From contig NC_090380.1 of NCBI RefSeq assembly GCF_036365525.1, positions 17,608,001-17,672,000 of the forward strand: 64,000 bases of DNA, given 5' to 3'. The DNA comes from Heterodontus francisci (lineage: Eukaryota). The translations under genes and the position numbers were made by a program. This document shows positions 13,501-25,500 of the stretch, piece by piece; position 1 is the first letter of the stretch; every line of letters begins with the position of its first letter. Below the pieces are notes generated by a model that did no database searches, was not told where the DNA came from, and saw nothing but the letters and a program-made list of their open reading frames with translations.

Positions 13501-16500
13501 GGAGAGGTTTGAGTTAAATAAGGATAGCCAGCATGAATTTGTAAAAGGCAGATCATGCTTGACTAATCCAATTGAATTTTTTGTAGTAACAGAGAAGATT
13601 GATGAAGGGAAGCAATGGATGAGGTCCATATGGAGTTTAAGAAAGCACTTGATAAAGTCTGTTAACAAAATTGAAGCTCATGGAATAGGAGTGTCAGTGT
13701 CCAATTGGATAAAAAATTGCATTAAGGACAGTAAACAGCGAGTCATGGTAAAGGCTTGTTTTTCAGACTGGAAGATGCTAGACAGTGGTCTTCCCCAAAG
13801 GTCAGTGCTGGGACCTGACTTGGATCTTGTAATACAGAGTAGAATTTCAAAATTTGTCAATGATACCAAACTTGTGAGGATAATACAAATCAACTGAAAC
13901 AGGGCACAGATAGACTAGCAGAATGGACAGTCAAGTGGCAGTTGGAATTTAATGCAAAGAAGTGTGATGTGATGCATTTTAGCAGAAAGGATAGGGAGAG
14001 GCAATATAGACTTAATGGCACAGTTGTAAACAGTATGCAGGAACAGAGGGACCTGGGGTGCATGTGCATCGTTCTTTGAAGGTGGCAGGACATACTGAGA
14101 GAGTGGATAGCAAAGCATATGGGATAAAAACAAGAAATGCTGGAAATACTCAGCAGGTCGGGCAGCATCTGTGGAGAGAGAAGCAGAGTTAATGTTTCAG
14201 GTCAGTGACCCGTCATCAGAACTGACAAATATTAGAAATGTAAAAGGTTTTAAGCAAGTAAAGCAGGGGTGGGGCAAGAGACAACAAATGAGAAGGTGTT
14301 GATAGGACAGGGCAACAGAGAATAACTGACCAGAACGTTATGGAGCAAAGGCAAACGGTATGTTAATGGCATAGTGAAAGACAAAGCATTAGTTCAGAGA
14401 GGGTGTTAATTGACTGTAAAATGAACAGCTCTGGCTCCAAGCACAAACATTATAAAAAACAGTGGATAGGCACAGTAGAAACAAACTAAACAAACAAAGA
14501 AAATAAACAAAGAAAAAAGAATAACTAAAAATATAAAGGGAGGCCCGTCATGCTCTGACATTATTGAACTCAATGTTCAGTCCGGCAGGCTGTAGCGTGC
14601 CTAATCGGTAAATGAGGTGCTGTTCCTCGAGCTTGCATCGATCTTCGCTGGAATACTGCAGCAATCCCAGGGCAGAGATATGAGCATGAGAGCAGGGTGG
14701 GGGGTTGGTGGTGGGGGGGTGTTGAAATGGCAAGCAACCGGAAGCTCGGAGTCATGCTTATGGACTGAACAGAGGTGTCCCGCAAAGCGGTCACCCAATC
14801 TGTGTTTGGTGTCCTCAATCTAGAGAAGACCACATTGTGAGCAGCCAATACAGTATACTAAGTTGAAAGTATGAGTAAATTGCTCCTTCACCTGAAAAGA
14901 ATGTTTGGGGCCTTAAATAGTGAGGAGAGAGGAGGTAAGTGGGCAGGTATTACACCTCCTGCGATTGCATATGGGATCTTGGGCTTCACAAATAAAGGCA
15001 TAGAGTACAAAAGCAGGGAAGTTATGCTGAACCTTTATAAAGCTCTGGTTAGGCCCCAATGAGTGTACTGCGTCCAGTTCTAATTACCACATTTTAAGAA
15101 GGATATGAGGGTCCTTGAGAGGGTGCAGAGAAGATTTATCAGAATGGTTCCAGGAATCTTAGTTACATGGTTAGGTTGGAAAAGCTGGGTTTATTCTCCC
15201 TGGAGCAAAGGAGATTTAGTGGAGATTTGACAGAGGTGTTCAAGAATAGGACAGATTTAGATAAGTCAGACAAGAAAAAACTGTGCCCGTTAACTAATGG
15301 TGCAAGGATTAGGGGATACAGATTGAAGGTTTTGGGCAAGAGATGCAGGGGGAATATGAGGAGGAACTTTTTTTTTTAAAATGCAGTGAGTGGTAACAAT
15401 CTGGAACTCACTGCTCACGAAAGTGGTGGAAGTGGAGACAAGTGTCATCTCCAACGAGAGAAAGTCTAACCTCCTCCCTTGACATTCAAGGCATTAGCAT
15501 CGTTAAATTTCCTCCCCCTCCCCACCATGAAGACCCTGGGTGTGGTGGGGGGGGAGGGGGTCAGCACTGCTCAGAAACTTAACTCGTCCAGTCATAAAAA
15601 TACTGTGGTTACAAGAACAGGTCTGAGGTTGAGTATTCTGCAGCATGTTACTCACCTCCTGACTTCCCAAAGACTTTCCAACATCGAAAAGGCACAAGTC
15701 AGGAGTGTGATGGTATCACACCTGCCTGCTGGTTGTAGCTCCAACAATATTCCAAGATGCTTGACACCACCCAGGACAAACAGTCTTGATTGGCACCCCA
15801 CATCATTCACCCCCTCCACCACTATGGCTGCAGTGTGTATTATCTACAAGATGCACCAACTTGCCAAGGCTCCATTGACAGCACGTCGCAGACCAGTGAC
15901 CTCTGCTGCCGAGGAGGACCAGGGCAGCAGATGCATGGGAACCACCACCTCCAGGTTCCCCACCAAGTCACACACTATCCTGATTTGTAACTATATTGCC
16001 ATTCCTTCATTGTCACTGGTTCAAATTCCTGGAACTCTCTCCTTAACAGCACTGTGGGCGCACTTACACCAGATGAAATTGAGCAGTTCAAGGCAGCAGC
16101 TCACTATCACCATTTCAGGGCAATTAGGAATGGACAAAATATGCTGGCATTATCACTGACACACACATCCCACAAATGAATAAATAAAAACAAAGATGCA
16201 AGCGCTTTCTGAAATGATTTGACCTATGTGCTGGCAGACATAGTAAATGACCTTATTACCTCCAGGTTGTGCTCTGCTCCAGCCTCATGTTGGTATCAAC
16301 AACTATACTCTCTGTATCTAGTCTAGCTCTACAGTTAGCGATTTTTGTTTCTCTTTTTCAACTAACCATTTCCACTTGCTGTTCTTTTGGCTACACTTGA
16401 TCCTGACCCCTAGCTCGGCTACACCCAGCCATGCTAATTTTCAGTCTTTTTAATAGCAATTCGGGATGGGCAATAAATGCTGGCCTTGTCAGCTATGCCC

Positions 16501-19500
16501 CCATCCTGTGAATGAATAAAAAAAGACGGCAAGGAAGAGAAAGAGTGCACTTATGCAGCCGTCATCATGTCTCAGCATGTTTGATAGTGCTTCACAGTCA
16601 GTGAAGGCCCTTCGAGCCTACTCCGCCATTCATTATGATCATTCACCTCAGTAACCTGTTCCCACTTTCCCCCCATATCCATTGATCCCGTTAGACCCAA
16701 GAGCTATATCTAACTCCTTCTTGAAAACATACAATGTTTTGGCCTCAACAGCTTTCTGTGGAAGCAAATTCCACAGGCTCACCACTCTCTGGGTGAAGAA
16801 ATTTCTCCTCATCTCAGTCCTGAAAGGTTCACCCCATATCCTTAGACTATGACCCCTGGTTCTGGTCTCCCCCATCATCACGAACATTCTTCCTGCATCT
16901 ACCCTGTCAAGTTCTGTTAGAATTTTATAGGTTTCTATGAGATCTCCCCTCACTCTTCTGAACTCCAGCAAATATAATCCTAACCGACTCAATCTCTCCT
17001 CATACGTCAGTCCCACCATCTCAGGAATCAGTCTGGTAAACCTTCGCTGCACTCCCTCTATAGCAAGAGCATCCTTCCTCAGATAAGGAGACCAAAATTG
17101 CACACAATATTCCAGGTGTGGCCTCACCAAGGCCCTGTATAATTGCAGCAAGACATCCCTGCTCCTGTACTCGAATCCTCTCCCTATGAAGGCCAACATA
17201 CCATTTGCCTTTTTTACCGCCAGTTGCACCTGCATGCTTACCTTCAACGAGAACAGCCAGGTCTCGCTGCATGTTCCCCTCTCTCAGCTTATAGCCATTT
17301 AGATAATAATCTGCCTTCCTGTTTTTGCTACCAAAGTGGATAACCTCACATTTATCCACATTATACTGCATCTGCCATGCATTTGCCCACTCACTCAACT
17401 TGTCCAAATCACCCTGAAGCCTCTCTGCATCCTCCTCACAACTCACCCTCCCACCCAGTTTTGTGTCACCTGCAAATTTGGAGATATTACATTTACTTCC
17501 CTCATCTAAATCATTAATATATATTGTGAATAGCTGGGGTCCTAGCACTGATCCCTGCGGTATCCCACTAGTCACTGCCTGCCATTCGAAAAAGACCCAT
17601 TTATCCTTACTCTGTTTCCTGTCTGCCAACCAATTTTCTATCCATCTCAATACACTACCCCCAATCCCATGCGCTTTAATTTTACATGCTAATCTCTTAT
17701 GTGGGACTTTGTCAAAAGCCTTCTGAAAGTCCAAATAAACCACACCCACTGGCTCCCCCTCATCAACTCTACTAGTTACATCCTTGAAGAATTCTAGTAG
17801 ATTTGTCAAGCACGATTTCCCTTTTGTAAATCCATGCTGACTCTGTCTGATTCTACCACTGTTCTCCAAGTGCTCTGCTATAAAACCTTTGATAATGGAT
17901 TCTAGAATTTTCCCCACTACCGACGTCAGGCTGACTGGTCCATAATCCCCTGCTTTCTCTCTACCTCCCTTTGTAAATAGCGGGGTTACATTAGTTACCC
18001 TCCAATCTGTAGGAACTGTTCCAGAGTCTGTAGAATCTTGGAAGATGACCACCAATGCATCCATTATTTCTAGGGCCACTTCCTTAAGTACTCTGGGATG
18101 CATACCATCAGTCCCTGGGGATTTATCGGCCTTCAATCCCATCAATTTCCCCAACGCCAGTTCTCTACTCATACTGATTTCCTTCAGTTCCTCTCTCTTA
18201 CTAAGCCCTGTGTTCCCCAACATTTCTGGTATTACTTTTTGAAGTGCAGACATTGTTATTTCTATTCATCTTTAGAGCCATAAGAAGGCTGGTGACATTA
18301 ACGAGAACCTGCTATAAAGAAAATGTTGTAGAGTGAAATGGCAAAGGCTCACCATTGTGTTCAGGTTATCAACGGATGCTTTGATTCCATTCAATTTCCA
18401 GCTGACAGAATTATTTAGGAACTAAGTGATATGAGATCATTTAAAAATACACCTGACATTTTTAAACTATCAATATTAAAATAGGCAGTGGATCAATAAT
18501 GAAAAATCCTTTGGAAGAACAAAAGCATTTCCTGGTCACTTCATACAGGTGTATAAACTTCCCCCATTATAACGAATAAACCAGGCTATTGTACATTGTG
18601 AGTAATTTTGAATCTTTCTGAAGTAGTTTTGCTTTACTATTCCACCTACATAATCACCTTATTTCAATAGTAATTCACTAGATGTGCAATGCAGACAATT
18701 TCAGGGAAGTGAAAAGGTGCTGTAAAACTGCAAGTTCTTTCTTTTATTACTCAATGAACTCTCGAGACAGTGCATAATTTTCTAAACAAACATTTCATTG
18801 ATGGCCAACGAGGCCCTTTACATGACGACCTGGTAAAGTTTTACTTGATAGCACTGAACTTGAACAGAAACACCATGAATTACATTCTCTCGCTCATTAT
18901 TCATGGAGAACATACTTACTCAGAACTTTTTTCAGTTCTTTGCTCTATCTGTTCAATTAGAGACTGTGAAAGAAGAAATGACACCACATTTGACAGAGTT
19001 AAATGACAAGTTTGAGCATTGTGAATATAAATACTAACAATTACCTAAAAATATCATCCAAAACAAGCAACAGTTCTTGTATCATTTTTAGGATTCTCTA
19101 TAAATTCAATTATTATAAATACTGGCACTGTTCACATGTGCAACACTGGATACCCTGGCTGTGCAGTGAGTTGCACGGTACCCAGCCTGATGGGTCACAG
19201 GATACCTGGCTGTGCATTGGTACTATGGTCAGTCCTGGGTGCTCAGCCCACTGTCTTACAGGCTGCTGTATGTCAGACGTGTTGTACCACGCCATACACA
19301 AGGCATCAGCTGATATTCCATGCTGCATGCACAAAGGAGAAACCGCCCCTCTCTTCCTGTAACTGTTGCATTGCTTCTCCCCAGTTTGTCTCACTCTGTG
19401 CTTTTCTATTCCTCAATATTTGCTTTTTCCTTTTTCTACATGGCTCTCACATTTTGCTCATTGTGATTTATGGCTGACTTCTCCCACACCCTCTGCAAGA

Positions 19501-22500
19501 CTCCACTTCTCTTTGTCTCCTCTCTTTATAGTAGTATGTCTCCCAAGCTCTCTATGCAGCTCTCACATTATTGAGGCTTGACAGGTAACGTAGGATGGAA
19601 AGGACTACGAAGCAAGTTCCAAGAAAACCTACTTGTCTAGGTTTGAATGAATTGCTGGTTGGTGATTGGTATCTTTCTCTACCTGTCTATTTTTGATGAA
19701 TTAGTTAACAGATAGTGGCTTTTAGCAAACTAAGTGAAAGCATGATAAACACTATGCGAGTGATATGTACAATTTTTTCCACACACTACAAGCGTGTATA
19801 TATATATATGTCTTCATTTCCACAACATACAATGCTTACCCGCACTTTAGGAGCTGCAGCTCTGAATTTCACATAGAACAATGTAAAGGCATTATCGGTG
19901 TTAGATATAACCGCGGGGTCCTGTCAGAAAAAATAATTTGTAATTAAAATTAAAAATTTAACATGTATGCCCTGATATACTTATGAAAACTCCACATAAA
20001 AATGAATTATTTGAACCATCATGCTTTCACGCTTTCTATAGACAATGTGCAATAAAATTTGACAACTCTTACCAGTACTTTGGCATTATACATATGTAAT
20101 TCAAATGTCTTTTTTACATGTGTTTTGCACACAATGCAAGAGTCTTACATTTAACATGAAGCTATACCATATCCACACTGCTGTGGCATTAGACATAGGC
20201 AGTCGAGGTCAAATGCAGAAGTCAATTGAAGTGCAGTCAGAGGGTGGAGGGCAATTGGACGAAGGCATGCAGACCCAATTCAGTCATGCCTTTTGTCCGT
20301 ACTTTTATATTTCCGTTATAAATTTCTATGTTTTAATTTATAATGAAAAGTGCCTTATGTAAACTTGTCTCATCATAATTACAATTTCAACTTCCCATCA
20401 GAGGAGGCGCTGCTACTGCTGCTGGGTTTGGGGGGGGGGGGGGGGGGGAGGGGAGGGGCAGGATTGTTCCTTCACTTACAATCATCTATATTAGATTTGG
20501 TTGTTTTCCTTTCCAAATAAAGATGGGTTTCCCCTTTTATTCTGCCCTACCATTTTTCATCATATTCTGGCCGACATTTATCCCTCAACCAGCAACACTA
20601 AAAACTGATGATCTCATTGCTGTTTGTGCGACAGTGCTGTCAGCAAACCGGTTGCCATGATTCCCTAATGTACAACAGTGGCACCACTTCAGAAGTGGTG
20701 TAAAGTGCTTCAGGACATCTTGAGACCGTGAAAGGTACTATATAGAAATTTGTTATTTCGAATTCACGTAAGGTACTATTTGGGGTGCCTTGTTACATTA
20801 GGTGGTGCCCCATTGTTTTCAATTTGTCACATAACATCACATTTACAAGGCCAGAATAGTTTCAGTACCTTTGAAATTCTGCGACCTGCTTTCAACTTTT
20901 CACAGATTTACAGAATAAGCACCCCTTCCCAATTTGGGAGCAGGGTTTGAAACGGGGGCCTGAGTTAAACATTCAGACCAGAGTGGCATATGGACCAACA
21001 TAGTAGTAGGGAGGGTCCCTCTCCTGCAGCCTCCTATATCTCAAGTCGGAAAGGGGGGGGGGGGGGGGGGAAAAGAGAGGCAGGGTCAGACAGCCAAGTC
21101 CCACAGGTATTGTATCTCCACTAGCTAAGTACACGATAAAGCTCTCCTTGTAAAACAGATAATTCTTATTAACACAGGCTGCTCAATAAACTGAGCTAAA
21201 CAAATCATTGCAATACTTGTCTCAATATGAAGCTTCAAAATATGAGTTATTAAAATTGGTGTTTGTAGCTACAATCTTACCCTTTTTATTAACTGAGTGG
21301 AGAGGTTCTGAAGTGTATTCACAGTGTATGTCTTCATAAGGTGCATAGCTTTGGATAGGCATTGCTTAAACTTTGCTAAATAAACAGGATAATCTCGAAA
21401 GCCAGGCTGGAAATAAAAGTAGTATTCATTAAATGTCATCAGATGTACATAGCATAAACAGTCATTTTTTTTTTTTAGCAAAAGTACATACACCTGGAAC
21501 AACGCAGACCCGGCAACGTCAGCAGGACCAACGTGGCCCGGCAATGTCAGCCGGACCAACGCGGACCCTGTAGCAGATGAGCTGAGACAGGGACTAAGTC
21601 AGGCGATGTTACAGAGATGGAAATATGCAGTCTTAGTGATGACATGAATATGAGGTCGGAAGCTCATCGCGGGGTCAAATGTGACACCAAGGTTATAAAC
21701 AGACTGGCTTAATCTCAGACAGTTGCCAGGGAGAGGGATGGAGTCGGTAGCCAGGGAACGGAGTTTGGAGTGGGGACCGAAAACAATGGCTTCAGTCTTC
21801 CCAATAATTAATTGAAGGAAATTTGTTCTCATCCAGTATTGGATGTCAGATAAGCAGTCTGATACCTTAGCAAAGGCGGAGGAGTTGAGAGAAGTGGTGG
21901 TGAGGTAGAGCCGAGTGTCATCAGCACACATGTGAAAACTAACACTGCGCTTTCAGATGATGTCAGATGATGCGGCACAGTGGCGCAGTGGTTAGCACCG
22001 CAGCCTCACAGCTCCAGCGACCCAGGTTCAATTCTGGGTACTGCCTGTGTGGAGCTGGCAAGTTCTCCCTGTGTCTGTGTGGGTTTTCGCCGGGTACTCC
22101 GGTTTCCTCCCAACACCAAAAGACATGCAGGTTGATAGGTAAATTGGCCATTATAAATTTCCCCTAGTATAGGTAGGTGGTAGGGGAATATGGGGACAGG
22201 TGGGGATGTGGTAGGAATATGGAATTAGTATAAATGGGTGGTTGATGGTCGGCACAGACTCGGTGGGCCGAAGGGCCTGTTTCAGTGCTGTATCACTAAA
22301 TAAAAAAAATAAATAAATAAAGGGGCAGCATGTAGATGAGAAATAGGACGGGACCAAGGATAAATCCTTGGGGAACACCACAGGTAACGTGTGGGAGCAG
22401 GAAGAGAAGCTATTGCAGGTGATTCTCTGGCTACAATTAGACAGATAAGAATGGAACCAGTAATATTACCTAGACCAACACTAAAATATCCCCATCCATG

Positions 22501-25500
22501 CTCTTAGTACAAACGGCCAAATGACCAACTTCTGTGCTGCAATTACTATGATTTAACAGGGTCAGCTGAATACAGTAAAAATGTAGGTCACAGCATGCCA
22601 CACACATCACAGCCAAGAACACAAATCAATAATATATATACCAATTGCCATAATAACCAGAAACTGGGAATGCAGTTTGTAGCTAAATTAGGCCCAGTTG
22701 TGTAGCACAGACAAAACTGTACCTCCAACAAAATGACTTACATGAGATGACACATAGGTTATACAGTCATCCAATTTGGCCAACGTCGGTATAAACCCTT
22801 CACTGTTCACAGATAATGTGGGCGAATTCAATTTCTAGGATAAGAGCAAAATACTGTCAGGATGTAGTTACTACTCCAGTTGCAAGTACATTAAAGTTTG
22901 AATGTAAGAAGTCGACAATGCCAATGTCTAACTAGAACAGTTTCCTATTGGAAGGACTTAAGTGGTCTATTCCCATTTACGTAGCTTGCTTATGATGCGT
23001 GACAAATGTATACCGAGTTATACATTTGTACTTTGATTTTGGGCATTTTCTTCACACAGATCCTTGTGGTGCTGTTCACACTTATTGAGACACTAAAATG
23101 TGTTGGAAAATAAGTGAGACTTACAACAATTCCAAGTCTCTCCTAAAAGGGTAGGAATGCTGGGTCAATTGAAACTTTCAAAACGGAGATCAATAGATTT
23201 TGTTAGGTAACATTATCAAGGGATATGCAGGAAAGGTGCGAAAGCGTAGCTGAGATACAGATCAGCCATGATCTAACAGAATAGCGCAAGAGGCTTGAAG
23301 ACTGAATGGCTTACTCCTATGTTCCCAAGTGTGTGCTATCTGTCGGACTTCTAACATTACTAGCATATCTCCAGTTGCATTACTGCCAATGAATTGGAGA
23401 ATATGCTGTTTTGTCGTCCCATGACCATGGAAATAGTCCTGGTCCCACCTAACCCAATGCCCCACCCCCACCGGGTATCACCTATATCGAAGCAAAGGGT
23501 ATGTTAAAAGAAAATCTAAAATCTCCAAGATCACACAAGTGATCACACAGGCTTAGTTTGTTAAGGCACTTAGTTATTACTAGATGCCTGGGAGTGCTTT
23601 TTAATTTGTTTTTGGGATGTAGGTTGACGCTGGTATAGCAGTATTTATCACCTATTCTGAGTTGTCCCGATGCCATTAAGAGTCAACCAGGTAGGGTAGA
23701 ACTGGAGACATATGTGGACAAGATCACGTTGGTGCGGCTTGCAGGAGAGCGGGAAGATAAGATTCTATTCCCTGAGGACATTAGTGAATCAGTTGCATAT
23801 TTATGACAATCCAGCAGTTCTCAACTGTAATTTTTTTTCTGGTTCTAGCCCACGAAGAAGAGGATTGACTGAATTCAATTCCAATACTTGACATGACGGA
23901 ATTTGAACTCATGACCTCTGGATGGCTAGTCCAATATCATAATAACCAGGTTACTGTACCCTTGTATCCTAAAATCAGTTAAAGCTTCAGTGCTGCATGA
24001 CGATTAGACACGGAGCAGAGCTTCAAGGAGGAGAAAGGGTCGACGCTCAAGCACTTATTCTGGAAAGCGTCAGTCTGACGTGGAAGTACTGGATCACTGT
24101 GCATCAACCATGAAACAGTTCGTCCAGCTGAGACCAGCAGACAATAAGATTTTGTGCATCAGGTGGGGTTTTCACAAGTCAATTTCAAGAATAATATGGA
24201 CTATATACAACAGTCTTCACAATGAAACTTAAACGGACCATGCATCAGCAACACCTACTGCGTTTATGTTTTCTAATTCATTGAAATATGAAAGCTTCTG
24301 CTGAATATTCTCAGCAAGGTCGACCAACTCCGACTGTTGACAAAAAAAATATATATTAGTACAGAAAGAACTCAAACCAACCATGCAAAGAAAGTTTATT
24401 ATTTTCAGCAACACACTCCTTTTATATTTAGTGCATTTCACCAGAAGCCCAGTCGGCACCTAGAAAACCTTCAATACTGTACACCAGGCTTCGCAGACCA
24501 CAAAGTGCATACGATGAAGCTTCAGGGTCACATACAAAGTTTAAATGAGCATTCCCATTAACATATATCTCTAGTTGCTAATACTGATAGATCCTTGGTG
24601 TTGAGTCAGGATTTATCCATCCATGAGGTAACAGCACTAAAGAGAAGTCTTTACAAACCTACAACCCCACAAACTTGAAACAGGATAAAAACAAAACAAA
24701 TAGCCCAAGTACAAATAGGAGCCCGCTGCCAGGGCTCGGAGCACTATAGGATTTATGTGTTTCAGTTAACGTACCACCAAAATCCTATCCTGGAACAATT
24801 GTAGCGACACCCTTCCACAAAAGGTTCTATGCTGATGCCATCCTCATTATGAGGGCATGGGACTGTTTTTTTTCCTTTGTTCACTAATGCCAGAGGAAGA
24901 AGCTACTGATACCAAACAGAGGGGCATACATCTGCAAGTTAGTAGGAATTAAACTCCTATTGCCCAAAGATAACTCTGGAACATTTGTATACTGAAAAGA
25001 GATGACAAGGTTAGAGCCCACGAAGGGCTTTTAGATTAAATTTAACTGGGAGAGTAAAACTTCCCAGTTGTGAACCTCTGTACTTGCTTACTGTGCAGTG
25101 TTACTTGTTTTTGTTCTCAGGATGTGGGCAATGCTGGCAAAACTGCATTTATTGTACCATGAAGATGGTGATAGGCATTCTCCTTCAATCGCTGCATTCC
25201 TTGTGGCGGCAGTGCTTCGATGGTCGGATTAGGCTGGAAATTCCAGGATATTGATCCAGTGACAATGAAGGCGCAAGTCATGACAATAATGATTTGAAGA
25301 TAATGGCACTCCCATTTAGATATTAGCTTCCATTTCAATCACAACAGTTTGTGATAACAGAACCCAGTTAAAAAATATGCGTATTTGAAACATTTTCTGT
25401 CAGCTGTGGCTCAATTGGTAGCATGCTTGCCTGTGAGTCAAAAGACTGACACTCTAGTACAGTACCAAGGGAATGCTGCACTGTCAGAGGTTCTTTCTTT

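Larger units (their letters stand above)
13460..15430 (+). mobile_element. CR1 LINE (degraded RT) split by a Penelope insertion at 14126-14966
   Basis: [56 protein letters not shown]. Confidence 0.85.

Noticed and set aside
16648-18253. CR1 RT ORFs as a domesticated gene or active element
   Set aside because: 5'-truncated, frameshifted, and the catalytic FADD motif reads FAGD.
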